Shown here: positions 1 to 8,928 of the stretch, one piece after another | Position numbering within the stretch: the stretch's first letter is position 1 | Layout: the number at the start of each line of letters is the position of its first letter | Assembly (NCBI GenBank): GCA_963707345.1 | Contig: CAVPPE010000003.1 | Coordinates: 128,072 to 192,071, forward strand | Length of the DNA: 64,000 nt | Source: an uncultured Chloroflexia bacterium | GTDB taxonomy: Bacteria > Chloroflexota > Anaerolineae > Promineifilales > UBA4811 | Reading direction: 5' to 3' | Translations under genes and position numbers: made by a program | Notes under the pieces: generated by a model | Database searches by the model: none | Told to the model about the DNA's origin: nothing | Seen by the model: the letters and a program-made list of their open reading frames with translations, nothing else

Positions 1-1119
1 CAAAAGGGCAAGTGCCGGGTCTGCGAAAAGTTCTGCCCGACCAACGCCATTGATTACGAGCAAAAGGATCAGGTGTTGGAGGTGGAAATCGGCAATATCA
101 TTGTGACCACCGGCTACGATGCCTTTGACGCCCGGCGCATCCCGCAATATGGTTACGGCCGCTATCCCAACGTCTTTACCGCGCTGGAGTTTGAGCGGAT
201 GACCAATGCGGCCGGGCCCACCGATGGCAAAGTGCTGCTGCGCGACGGCGAGACGGCCCCGGAGAGCGTGGCCATCATCCATTGCGTGGGCAGCCGGGAT
301 GTACGCTACCGCGAGCACTGTTCCCGCGTTTGCTGCATGTACTCGCTCAAATTTGCCCACATGGCGCATGAAAAGCTGCCCGGTTCCAAGGTGATCAACT
401 TTTACATCGACATCCGCACGCCGGGCAAGGATTACGAGGAGTTTTACCACCGGCTGTTGGAGGAAGGGACTATCTTTGTCCGCGGCCGGGCGGCCTCGGT
501 CAGCGATGCGACGCTGGGGCCGGAGGAGGAGGGTAAGCTGATTGTGACGGCCGAGGACACGCTGATTGGTCAGCAGCGCCGTATCCCGGTGGACATGGTC
601 ATCCTTTCCACCGGATTGGAGCCGCGGCACGACAGCCGCGAGGTAGCGCGGGTCTTTAGCATCAGTTGCAGTCGGGAGGGCTTTTTCAAGGAAAAGCACC
701 CCAAGCTGGACCCCATTGCCACCATGACCGACGGCGTGTTTGTGGCCGGCTGCGCGCAAGGCCCGCGCGATATCCCCGACACTGTGGCCCAGGGCGCGGC
801 CGCGGCCGCCCGCGTCCTGTCCATCATCGGCAAGGGCGAGGTGGAGATCGAGGCGGCCGTGGCGGAGGTCAACGATCTGACCTGCGTGGGCTGCCGGATG
901 TGCGTGGAATCCTGCCCGTACAGCGCCATCGATTACCTGGAAGAGCGGCAAAAGGCGTGGGTCAACGAGGCGCTCTGCAAAGGGTGCGGTACCTGCATCG
1001 CGGCCTGCCCGTCCAAGTCCATCACGCTGCACCACTTTACCGATCAGCAGTTGGTGGCGCAGATGGCTGGCGCGATGGATGCGCTGTTTGAGATGGACGG
1101 CCTGCTGGTGCCTGCGTAA
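1..1119 (+). CDS. hdrA: Heterodisulfide reductase subunit A-like FAD/FeS oxidoreductase (5'-partial)
   Basis: Frame 1 is open from nt 1 (QKGKCRVCEKFCPTNAIDYE...), so the gene starts upstream of the window. It has a flavoprotein core plus ferredoxin-type CxxCxxCxxxCP motifs (CVGCRMCVESCP, CKGCGTCIAACP). Overall similarity is to HdrA. Confidence 0.8.
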   Translation, partial: QKGKCRVCEKFCPTNAIDYEQKDQVLEVEIGNIIVTTGYDAFDARRIPQYGYGRYPNVFTALEFERMTNAAGPTDGKVLLRDGETAPESVAIIHCVGSRDVRYREHCSRVCCMYSLKFAHMAHEKLPGSKVINFYIDIRTPGKDYEEFYHRLLEEGTIFVRGRAASVSDATLGPEEEGKLIVTAEDTLIGQQRRIPVDMVILSTGLEPRHDSREVARVFSISCSREGFFKEKHPKLDPIATMTDGVFVAGCAQGPRDIPDTVAQGAAAAARVLSIIGKGEVEIEAAVAEVNDLTCVGCRMCVESCPYSAIDYLEERQKAWVNEALCKGCGTCIAACPSKSITLHHFTDQQLVAQMAGAMDALFEMDGLLVPA

Positions 1120-1129
1120 AGGAGTTTCC

Positions 1130-1564
1130 ATGAGCGATAACGGCTACGAACCCAAAATCATCGGCTTTTTGTGCAACTGGTGCAGCTATGCCGGTGCGGA
1201 TGGGGCCGGTATGGCCCGGCGCAAGTATCCCACCAACATCAAAATCATCCGCGTGCCATGCTCCGGCCGGGTCTCCCCGGAACTGGTGCTGCGCACCTTT
1301 ATGCAAGGGGCAGATGGGGTGATGGTGCTGGGTTGTCACATCGGTGACTGTCACTATGGCAACGGCAACCACCGCACGGCCAAGCGTTTCCCCGTCTATC
1401 ACAAGATGATGGACTATATGGGGATTGAAAAAGACCGGCTGTGGGTCCAGTGGGTCTCGGCCTCGGAAGGGCAACTGTTTGCCAAAGTGGTGACCGAGTT
1501 CACCGAGCGGCTGCGTGAGATGCCGCCGATGCGCGGCAAGCTCAAACGGGTGCCAGCCGAATGA
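1130..1564 (+). CDS. mvhD: MvhD-type (methyl-viologen-reducing hydrogenase delta subunit) FeS protein
   Basis: The sequence MSDNGYEPKIIGFLCNWCSYAGADGAG...RVPCSGRV...GCHIGDCHY matches the MvhD family pattern. An aaggag RBS lies at 1119-1124. The ATG at 1130 is in frame with the track ORF 1079..1564. Confidence 0.8.
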   Translation: MSDNGYEPKIIGFLCNWCSYAGADGAGMARRKYPTNIKIIRVPCSGRVSPELVLRTFMQGADGVMVLGCHIGDCHYGNGNHRTAKRFPVYHKMMDYMGIEKDRLWVQWVSASEGQLFAKVVTEFTERLREMPPMRGKLKRVPAE

Positions 1565-2736
1565 GCGAAATGCAAGGTGGCAGCGCCCCGGCCGGGGCGC
1601 TGCCTTTTATTTACGGCCACGTTGATCCCTCGCTCTTTCCGGCCGAGCAACTGGCCGCAGCGGCGCAGGAAGCGCTGATCGAGCACAGCCAGGCGGCGCT
1701 GAACTATGGCCCGGAACTGGGGTGCGCTCCGCTGCGAGCCTACCTGCGCGAAAAGCTGGCGCGGGACGAAGGGCTGGCGCTGGAGCCGGCCGAGTTGATG
1801 CTGACCGCTGGTGCTTCGGCCGGGCTGGACACGGCCGTGCGGCTCTTTGCCCGGCCGGGAGACACGGTGCTGGTGGAAGCGCCCAGCTATCACGAGGCGC
1901 TGGCGATCATCCGCGATTACCCGGTCAAGCTGGCGGCCGTCCCGCTGGATGGGAATGGGCTGCGGGTAGATTTGCTGGCAGAACGGCTGGAAGCGCTGGT
2001 ACGGGCCGGTGAGCGGCCGGCGTTGCTTTACACCATTCCCACCTTTCAGAACCCCTCCGGCGTCACCCTCAGCACAGAGCGGCGGCTGGCGCTGCTGGAC
2101 CTGGCCTGCCAGGTCGGTTTTCTGGTGGTGGCAGATGACGTCTACCGGGATCTCTATTTTGAGACCCCGCCGCCGCCATCCCTGTATGCGCTGGATGATG
2201 GCGGCGGCCGGGTGCTGCTGCTGGGCAGCTTTGCCAAAATCCTGGCTCCCGGATTGCGGCTGGGTTGGGCGCTTGGGTGCGGGGAGCTGATCGGCCGGCT
2301 GGCGCGGGCCGGGCTGACCCAATCGGGCGGCGGGGCCAACCCCACGATGGCGCAGACCACGGCCATCTTTTGCCAGCGCGGCTGGCTGGAGCCGCACATC
2401 CAGCGGCTGCGTGACGCCTACCGGGCGCGCCGGGATGTGCTGCTGACGGCGTTGGGGGAGCAGATGCCGGCCGGAGTAGAGTGGACCCGGCCGGGAGGCG
2501 GCTTTTTCGTCTGGCTCACGCTGCCCGCGCCGCTGACCTCCCGCGTCGTGCTGGCGCAGGCCGAGAAGCAAAACGTCACCTTCCTCGCTGGCGATTTATT
2601 CTATGCCGAGGGCAGCCAGGCGGGCGAGCGCCACCTCCGGCTGCCGTTCAGCTTTGTCCCGCGGCCGGAACTGGTCAGCGGGGTGGAGCGTTTGGCCGGC
2701 GTGGTTCGCCAACTGCTGGCTACTGCCGGCGAATAG
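1561..2736 (+). CDS. PLP-dependent aminotransferase, class I/II (ARO8/LysN-like)
   Basis: 391 aa. The ATG overlaps the mvhD stop (ATGA). It shows an aminotransferase fold pattern (YGPELGCAPLRAYL..., NPSGVTLS, SFAKILAPGLRLGW with the PLP lysine context). Confidence 0.75.
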   Translation: MSEMQGGSAPAGALPFIYGHVDPSLFPAEQLAAAAQEALIEHSQAALNYGPELGCAPLRAYLREKLARDEGLALEPAELMLTAGASAGLDTAVRLFARPGDTVLVEAPSYHEALAIIRDYPVKLAAVPLDGNGLRVDLLAERLEALVRAGERPALLYTIPTFQNPSGVTLSTERRLALLDLACQVGFLVVADDVYRDLYFETPPPPSLYALDDGGGRVLLLGSFAKILAPGLRLGWALGCGELIGRLARAGLTQSGGGANPTMAQTTAIFCQRGWLEPHIQRLRDAYRARRDVLLTALGEQMPAGVEWTRPGGGFFVWLTLPAPLTSRVVLAQAEKQNVTFLAGDLFYAEGSQAGERHLRLPFSFVPRPELVSGVERLAGVVRQLLATAGE

Positions 2737-2739
2737 AGC

Positions 2740-3627
2740 GTGAATCGGCGATACGCGACCGTTTCCGAGTTGCGGCGGGGCATCAGCACCGAAATCCTGG
2801 TGGCGGCCGGGTGGCCGCGGGAAGGCTGGCCTCAGCCCGCACTGGCCCCGCTGGTCTGGCCGGTCGCGCAGCGCTTTGCCAGCCTGGCGGCCGGATTTGA
2901 CCGGCGCACAGCCCAACTTGGCCTGAAAGCGGCCGCCCAATGGGTCCTGCCGCGCTTTGTGGATGGGGTGACCCTGCTGGGTGCGGAGCAACTCCCGGCC
3001 GAGGGGCCGTTGGTCATCGCCTCCAATCATCCAGGCAGTTACGACTCGCTGGCGATCATTGCCTCGCTGCCGCGGGATGACGTCAAGATCATCGTCAGCG
3101 ACGTGCCGTTTTTGCGCGGCATGCACGCCACGGCCGAACAACTCATCTACACCAGTCACGACCCACACGACCGGATGGGTGCTGCGCGGGAGGGCATCCG
3201 CCATCTGCAAGCGGGTGGGACGCTGCTGGTCTTTGCCAGTGCCCAGGTGGACCCGGACCCGGCGTTGTTGCCGGGCGCAGTCGAGGCGCTGCAGGCGTGG
3301 TCATCCAGCCTGCCGCTCTTCCTGCGCCGCGTGCCGCAGGCCAGGCTGGTAACCACGATTGTGAGCGGGGTGTTGGCGCCGGCCTGCTTCTATCATCCGC
3401 TGGCGCGCACCCGGCCGGAGCAGCGGATGCAGCAGTTCCTGGCCGAGTTCCTGCAAGTGGGGCAGCAGGTGCTGTTCGGCCGGCGCTTTCACCTGACGCC
3501 CACGGTGCGCTTTGCAGCGCCGCTGGCGGCCGCCGACCTGGCTGATGTGCGCGACACGCAGGCGGTGATGGGGGTCATCCTCCGGCGCGCGGAAAAGCTA
3601 CTGGCGAGTGTAACAAGCGGGGCGTAG
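2740..3627 (+). CDS. PlsC-family acyltransferase (lysophospholipid acyltransferase-like)
   Basis: 295 aa with a GTG start 3 nt after the upstream stop. It carries the HX4D acyltransferase motif (SNHPGSYD) and a downstream FASAQVDPDP block. Confidence 0.65.
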   Translation: MNRRYATVSELRRGISTEILVAAGWPREGWPQPALAPLVWPVAQRFASLAAGFDRRTAQLGLKAAAQWVLPRFVDGVTLLGAEQLPAEGPLVIASNHPGSYDSLAIIASLPRDDVKIIVSDVPFLRGMHATAEQLIYTSHDPHDRMGAAREGIRHLQAGGTLLVFASAQVDPDPALLPGAVEALQAWSSSLPLFLRRVPQARLVTTIVSGVLAPACFYHPLARTRPEQRMQQFLAEFLQVGQQVLFGRRFHLTPTVRFAAPLAAADLADVRDTQAVMGVILRRAEKLLASVTSGA

Positions 3628-3636
3628 CGGCCGAGT

Positions 3637-4638
3637 TTACCCGCCGATTTGGGACATCTCGCGGTTGACCGCGCGCTCCCCAGCGCTCAACCGGTGGCCG
3701 GCCGGCTTGCGCGCGATAGCCTGGCCGATCAGTGCTTCCAGTTCTTCCGCGGAAATGTTGGCCCGCAGCGGGCCGCGCAGGTCAATCTCTTGTTCGGAGA
3801 GCAGACAGGGGCGCAACCGGCCGTCGGCCGTCAGGCGCAGCCGGTTGCAGCCAGCGCAAAAGTGTTCGCTCACCGGGCTGATAAAGCCAATCGTCCCCCG
3901 GGCACCCGGCAGCCGCCAGTAGCGGGCCGGGCCGTTGCCCACCATCAGCGCGTCTGGCCCGACCTGTTCCAGTGCTCCCAACTCGGCTTCGATCCGCTGG
4001 CGGACCTCTTGCATGGAGACAAAGCCATCCGCGGCCCACAGTTCGTTGTGGCCCAGCGGCATCACCTCGATGAAGCGGATGTGGCGCGCCTGGTCCATAG
4101 TAAGGCGGGCAAAATCCACCACCTCGTCGTCGTTAAAGCCGCGCATCACCACCGCGTTGATTTTGACCGGCGTCAGCCCGGCCGCCTCGGCCGCCAGCAC
4201 CCCCTCCCAGGCGCGGTCCAACTCGCCAATCCGGGTCAGGGCGCGGAAGCGGTCGGCCCGCAGGCTGTCCAGGCTGACGTTGACTCGTTTGAGCCCGGCC
4301 GCGGCCAGCTCGGCCGCAAAACGGGGCAATAAATGGCCGTTGGTGGTCATGCTGATGTCGTCAACCTCGGGGATGGCGGCCAGCAGCCGGACCAGGTCCG
4401 GTAAATCCTTGCGGGTCAGCGGCTCTCCGCCGGTGAGCCGGATTTTGTAGATGCCCATCCCGACCGCCACGCGCACGACCCGTTCGATCTCTTCAAAGGT
4501 GAGCACGTCCTGATGACCGAGCAGGGGAATGCCGTCGGCCGGCATGCAGTAGACGCAGCGCAGGTTGCAGCGGTCGGTCACCGAGATGCGCAGGTAGTTG
4601 ATAGGGCGGGCCAGGCTATCGTGGAATTTGGCGGTCAT
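3637..4638 (-). CDS. moaA: GTP 3',8-cyclase MoaA (radical SAM, molybdenum cofactor biosynthesis)
   Basis: 333 aa. The N-terminal YLRISVTDRCNLRCVYCMP is a CxxxCxxC radical-SAM cluster. The C-terminal CAGCNRLRLTADGRLRPCL is the auxiliary cluster motif typical of MoaA. Confidence 0.9.
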   Translation of the reverse strand: MTAKFHDSLARPINYLRISVTDRCNLRCVYCMPADGIPLLGHQDVLTFEEIERVVRVAVGMGIYKIRLTGGEPLTRKDLPDLVRLLAAIPEVDDISMTTNGHLLPRFAAELAAAGLKRVNVSLDSLRADRFRALTRIGELDRAWEGVLAAEAAGLTPVKINAVVMRGFNDDEVVDFARLTMDQARHIRFIEVMPLGHNELWAADGFVSMQEVRQRIEAELGALEQVGPDALMVGNGPARYWRLPGARGTIGFISPVSEHFCAGCNRLRLTADGRLRPCLLSEQEIDLRGPLRANISAEELEALIGQAIARKPAGHRLSAGERAVNREMSQIGG

Positions 4639-4672
4639 GGATTTTCACACGGGTGGCGTCTGGGATGCTTGG

Positions 4673-5503
4673 CTATGGTTCGCGGTAGATTCTGGTGCCA
4701 ACTGGTTCTCCATGCAGGGCGCGCGTTACGTTGCCCGGCACCAGCCCATTCACGAGCAGCACGTCCCGCACGCTGCGGGCGTTGGCCAGCGCGCGCAGCA
4801 TCGCTCGTTCCACAGGCAGGTCGGCCAGGTCGCGAGCCAGCAGGTCATTGACCTCAATTTTGGGGATCAAGGTTGCTTGCGGATCCTTTTTGGGGTCGGC
4901 CGTGTACAAGCCATCTTCGTCTTTGATCAACAAACAGCGCGGTGTTCCCAACACCTCGGCCAGCAAAAAGGTGCCCATGTCCGTCCGGTGCGGCGGGATC
5001 CGGCCGACCGGGGGCGGCTCTTCAAACAGACCGTAGGGGGCCATCCCGTGGGTCACCGGGATGCAACCGACCGCGAGGTGGGCCGGCAATTTGGGGATGT
5101 CGTCGTGGCCGATCTTGATGCCGCCGTGCTGGGCCAACAGCAGGGAGACCATCAGCGCGTTTTGTTCGCTGACGCTGGAGCCCAGCCGCGCCAGCACCCC
5201 GGCCGGCATCCCCAGATCGATGGCAATGGTGTAGACGTGGCGCGAGCGGGTGCCGCCGCCGGTCGTTACCAGGATCGGCATCTCCGCCCGGCAGGCCACA
5301 ATCTCATCCAGAATGGGGAGCAGCGCCTTGCACCCTCGGTCCATGATGCTCTGTCCCCCAATTTTGAGCACCCGCAGGTCCGGCAGGATGGGGCGCACCG
5401 GAGGTCCATGGGTGCCTTCCAGCACCGCTTTGTCCATCAGCGATTCGGCCATCAGCGGCGTTTCGATGTGCAGCCGGCCGCCGGGTTCTTGTTTCAAAAA
5501 CAT
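4673..5503 (-). CDS. Amino-acid-kinase-fold protein resembling molybdenum storage protein subunits (MosA/MosB)
   Basis: Blocks LKIGGQSIMDRG, GGGTRSRHVYTIAIDLGMPAGVLARLGSSVSEQNA, PPHRTDMGTFLLAE, IKDEDGLYTADPKKDP and VNGLVPGNVTRAL closely parallel my recollection of Azotobacter MosB. I prefer the ATG at 5503 (GGAG 7 nt upstream) over the TTG at 5527. The gene ends 34 nt upstream of moaA. Confidence 0.65.
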   Translation of the reverse strand: MFLKQEPGGRLHIETPLMAESLMDKAVLEGTHGPPVRPILPDLRVLKIGGQSIMDRGCKALLPILDEIVACRAEMPILVTTGGGTRSRHVYTIAIDLGMPAGVLARLGSSVSEQNALMVSLLLAQHGGIKIGHDDIPKLPAHLAVGCIPVTHGMAPYGLFEEPPPVGRIPPHRTDMGTFLLAEVLGTPRCLLIKDEDGLYTADPKKDPQATLIPKIEVNDLLARDLADLPVERAMLRALANARSVRDVLLVNGLVPGNVTRALHGEPVGTRIYREP

Positions 5504-5630
5504 CGTCACTCCATTGCCTGGCGACAACCAATTTTATCGACCATTTTCGGCTTTATTCTACCGCAAAGAGTCAAATGGGCAAGAAAAAGGGTGTCCGCGG
5601 ATGCCCCCGGCTCGTCGCCGCCTGCGGAGG

Positions 5631-5990
5631 CTAGCGGTTAAATTCCACCAACTCGATCAGGTTTCCGGCCGGGTCGGAAAACATCACCCATCGGGAGCGA
5701 CCATCGTGCTCCACTCCCCAGGGAAGTTCTACCCCGTGTTGTTGCAGGCGTTCTACGGCGCTATCCAGGTGATCCACCGCAAACGCCAGGATGGGGAACC
5801 GCTCCGGGACCGGATTGTGTGGGTATTGCGGCCGGCCGCTCAGGATGGTGAGATAGGCGCCGCTGAGATCGAAATGGGGTCTGCGGTCGTGGTGGAACAG
5901 TAGTCGCAGACCGATGACGTCGCGGTAAAAACGGGTGGCGGCCGGCACGTCTTCGGCCCACAGGGACACAACGGCGAGTCGTGGGTTCAT
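5631..5990 (-). CDS. VOC (glyoxalase/bleomycin resistance/dioxygenase) family protein
   Basis: The internal ATG at 5990 is preceded by ggagaagagg. The sequence MNPRLAVVSLWAEDVPAATRFYRDVIGL...FSDPAGNLIELVEF is a typical VOC fold pattern. Confidence 0.7.
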   Translation of the reverse strand: MNPRLAVVSLWAEDVPAATRFYRDVIGLRLLFHHDRRPHFDLSGAYLTILSGRPQYPHNPVPERFPILAFAVDHLDSAVERLQQHGVELPWGVEHDGRSRWVMFSDPAGNLIELVEFNR

Positions 5991-6039
5991 CCTCTTCTCC
6001 TCTACAGGTTGTCGCCATTTTATCATAACCCGCTCTATT

Positions 6040-6048
6040 TGGTACAAT
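6040..6048 (+). promoter_or_regulatory. Extended -10 promoter (TGgTACAAT) giving a probably leaderless mRNA
   Basis: tggtacaat lies at 6040-6048. The ATG of the methyltransferase gene (6055) is 7 nt after the hexamer and no RBS is present. Confidence 0.45.
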
Positions 6049-6054
6049 TCAGGC

Positions 6055-7128
6055 ATGGATTCATTGCACAATGACGCGACACAGTTGATTTTCACTGCGG
6101 ACCCCGAGGCGGGCCATCTGGCGCTGGCTGAAATTCGCCGAACCGACCCGGCCGCCCATTTGCTGGACTGGCTGGCGCCGGGGGTCGGCCGGGCGGAGTT
6201 GGGGGCGGATTGGGCCGTGCTGATGGCCGCGCTGCGGCTGCATCCGCCGCTCTTTTGTCGCCATGTCTGTCCAGTGCAGGCCAGCTTGCCTTTGCGGCCG
6301 GGGCTGGATGATCTGGAACGGCTGGCCGAAACGGCCGGGAAGTTGCTCCCGTTGCTGGAGCCGGAGCACTCGTTTTCGGTGCAGGCGCGGCTGCTGGGCG
6401 ACGGCTTCCCTTACGGCCGGTTCAACGTCAACCAGGCGGTGGCGGCCGTGCTGGAGGCGGCCGGCGCCACGCTGGACGTGCGCCAGCCGGAGCAGGTGTT
6501 TTCCGTGGTTTGCACCCCTGCCCGCGCCTACCTGGGGCTCTCTCTGGCGGCCGAGAACTTGAGCGATTGGGCTGGCGGGGAGCGGCGTTTCAAGCGGGAG
6601 GCTGGGCAGATCAGCCGGGCAGAGTTCAAGCTGCTGGAGGCGTTGGAGTTGTTTCGGGTGGTGCTGCCGGCCGAAGGGCTGGCGCTGGACCTGGGCGCCG
6701 CGCCCGGCGGCTGGACGCGGGTGCTGCGGCGTCATGCCCTGCAAGTGGTAGCGGTGGACCCGGCCGACCTGCACCCGCTGCTGGCGGAGGATCCGGCCGT
6801 GATACACGTTCGCAGCCTGGCGCACGAGTACCTGCGCGGGCTGGATGCCAGCCAGCAGTTTGACGTCATACTCAACGACATTCGGATGGATGCCCGCGAC
6901 TCGGCGCGGCTGATGGCAGAGGCGGCCGGCTACCTCAAGCCCGACGGGCTGGCGGTGATTGCGCTCAAGCTCCCCGGCCGGCGGATGGACCAGGTCGCGA
7001 CCGGGGCGCTGCGGGTTCTACAGCGCAGCTACCAGATAGTGGGCGCTCGGCAGCTCTTTCACAACCGGCGCGAGATCACCGCAGTGCTGCGGCCGAGGGG
7101 CGGCAAAACAGCGCTTGCCGGCCGCTAG
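6055..7128 (+). CDS. SAM-dependent ribose 2'-O-methyltransferase, FtsJ/RlmM-like with N-terminal THUMP-like region
   Basis: It carries the DLGAAPGGWT SAM-binding motif and DVILNDIRMD. The ATG at 6055 lies 7 nt after a TACAAT box, so the track ORF start at 5935 is unlikely. Confidence 0.6.
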   Translation: MDSLHNDATQLIFTADPEAGHLALAEIRRTDPAAHLLDWLAPGVGRAELGADWAVLMAALRLHPPLFCRHVCPVQASLPLRPGLDDLERLAETAGKLLPLLEPEHSFSVQARLLGDGFPYGRFNVNQAVAAVLEAAGATLDVRQPEQVFSVVCTPARAYLGLSLAAENLSDWAGGERRFKREAGQISRAEFKLLEALELFRVVLPAEGLALDLGAAPGGWTRVLRRHALQVVAVDPADLHPLLAEDPAVIHVRSLAHEYLRGLDASQQFDVILNDIRMDARDSARLMAEAAGYLKPDGLAVIALKLPGRRMDQVATGALRVLQRSYQIVGARQLFHNRREITAVLRPRGGKTALAGR

Positions 7129-7213
7129 AATCGGTGTTACAAATACGACGAGTGGGCGATGAGCTGGTCAGCCCAATGCATGTTGAACTAATCGTTGTTG
7201 AACAGGAGCTTGA

Positions 7214-8884
7214 ATGGATGTGATACAGGATGCAAAGGCGCGGTGGGAAAAGGAAGCGGTTGAGCCGGTGATCAAGCGATTTCCGGAACGGCAAGAGAGC
7301 TTTGAGACCACATCGGGTATTCCGGTGGAGCGCGTGCATTTGCCGGCCGGGCTGACCGAAGAGCAGGCTGGTCAGTACCTGGAGGAGTTGGGCTTGCCCG
7401 GTGAGTATCCGTACACGCGCGGCGTCCAGTCCACCATGTATCGCAGCCGTTTTTGGACCATGCGCCAGTACGCCGGCTATGCCACGGCCGAGGAGTCGAA
7501 CGCCCGCTACAAGTTCCTGCTGGAGCAGGGCCAGACCGGCCTTTCGGTGGCCTTTGACCTGCCCACCCAGATTGGCTACGACAGCGACCATCCGATGGCG
7601 CTGGGCGAGGTGGGCAAGGTAGGCGTCGCTATCTCTTCACTGGAGGACATGGCTACCTTGTTGGATGGCATCCCGCTGAACAAGGTCAGCACCAGCATGA
7701 CGATCAACGCCCCGGCCGCCATCTTGCTGGCGATGTACGTGGCGGTAGCCAAACGGCAGGGGATAGAGACGGCCAAACTGCAAGGTACGGTGCAAAACGA
7801 CATCCTCAAAGAGTACGTCGCCCGCGGGACTTATATTTACCCTCCCAAACCGTCCATGCGGCTCATCACCGACATCTTTGGCTATTGCAAGGACTATGTG
7901 CCGCGCTGGAACACCATCAGCATCAGCGGGTATCACATCCGCGAAGCGGGCAGCACGGCCGTGCAGGAGGTGGCGTTCACCCTGGCCAATGCGGTCGCCT
8001 ATGTAAAAGCTGCATTGGGTGCCGGGCTGGAGGTAGACGATTTTGCGCCCCGGCTGGCCTTTTTCTTTAACGCTCACAACAACCTGCTGGAGGAGGTGGC
8101 CAAGTTCCGCGCGGCCCGCCGGATGTGGGCGCGCATTATGCGCCAGCGCTTTGGCGCCCAGGACCCCAAGAGCTGGCTGCTGCGTTTTCACACCCAGACC
8201 GGCGGGAGCACACTGACCGCGCAACAGCCGGAGAACAATGTGGTGCGCGTGACGCTGCAGGCGCTGGCTGCCGTGCTGGGTGGCAGCCAGTCGCTGCACA
8301 CCAACAGCCGGGATGAAGCGCTCTCTCTGCCCACGGAGCAGTCGGTGCAGATCGCGCTGCGCACGCAGCAGATCATCGGCTACGAGTCGGGGGTGGCGGA
8401 CACGATTGACCCGCTGGCGGGCAGCTATTACATCGAGTACCTGACCGATGAGATCGAGCGGCGGGCGATGGCCTATATCGACGAGATCGACGCGCTGGGC
8501 GGCGCGCTGGCGGCGATTGAGGCCGGTTTTGTGCAGCGGGAGATTCAGGATGCTGCCTATCAATATCAGCGGGCGGTGGAGAGCGGCGCGGCCGTGGTGG
8601 TGGGAGTCAACCAGTTTCAGGTGTCGGAGGGACAATCGTTGGCCATCCTGCGGGTGGACCCGGCCGTGGAGCAGGCGCAGCGGGCCAGGCTGGCTGGGCT
8701 GAGGGAGCGCCGGGATGGCGGCCGTGTTGCGGAGGTGCTGGGTCAGTTGGCGACCGCCGCCCGCGGAACTGAGAATCTGATGCCGCTGTTGGTTGCCTGT
8801 GTGGAATTGGATGTCACACTTGGCGAGATATGTGGCGTGCTGCGAGACGTGTGGGGGGAATACCGGCCGGGTGTGGATATCTAG
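7214..8884 (+). CDS. Methylmalonyl-CoA mutase large (catalytic, N-terminal) subunit
   Basis: 556 aa. The block [53 protein letters not shown] is the acyl-CoA mutase substrate barrel, and the Tyr in MY favours methylmalonyl over isobutyryl specificity. No B12-binding domain is present in this ORF. Confidence 0.85.
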   Translation: MDVIQDAKARWEKEAVEPVIKRFPERQESFETTSGIPVERVHLPAGLTEEQAGQYLEELGLPGEYPYTRGVQSTMYRSRFWTMRQYAGYATAEESNARYKFLLEQGQTGLSVAFDLPTQIGYDSDHPMALGEVGKVGVAISSLEDMATLLDGIPLNKVSTSMTINAPAAILLAMYVAVAKRQGIETAKLQGTVQNDILKEYVARGTYIYPPKPSMRLITDIFGYCKDYVPRWNTISISGYHIREAGSTAVQEVAFTLANAVAYVKAALGAGLEVDDFAPRLAFFFNAHNNLLEEVAKFRAARRMWARIMRQRFGAQDPKSWLLRFHTQTGGSTLTAQQPENNVVRVTLQALAAVLGGSQSLHTNSRDEALSLPTEQSVQIALRTQQIIGYESGVADTIDPLAGSYYIEYLTDEIERRAMAYIDEIDALGGALAAIEAGFVQREIQDAAYQYQRAVESGAAVVVGVNQFQVSEGQSLAILRVDPAVEQAQRARLAGLRERRDGGRVAEVLGQLATAARGTENLMPLLVACVELDVTLGEICGVLRDVWGEYRPGVDI

Positions 8885-8928
8885 TTTCCCATACCCACTG
8901 CGCATGGGTATGGGACGGGGTGTCGGCG

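Noticed and set aside
1414-2571. Long antisense or out-of-frame ORFs (this one, and e.g. 7637..8905, 32364..33764, 34203..35240, 38502..39443, 59443..60516)
   Set aside because: All overlap conserved genes in another frame or strand and have the Arg/Pro/Gly-rich composition expected from reading GC-rich coding DNA off-frame. None has an RBS or recognisable domain.
5504-5630. A possible Moco riboswitch upstream of the Mos-like/moaA operon
   Set aside because: The region contains a gcctccg string, but I could not build the multi-stem Moco-motif architecture or find the other conserved blocks. At 127 nt it must also hold the upstream gene's terminator and a promoter. A covariance-model scan would be needed to decide.
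7129-7213. A cobalamin riboswitch upstream of the mutase gene, or in 8885-8928 upstream of ecfT
   Set aside because: Both gaps (85 and 44 nt) are too short for a roughly 200-nt B12 element, and no B12-box-like sequence is visible.
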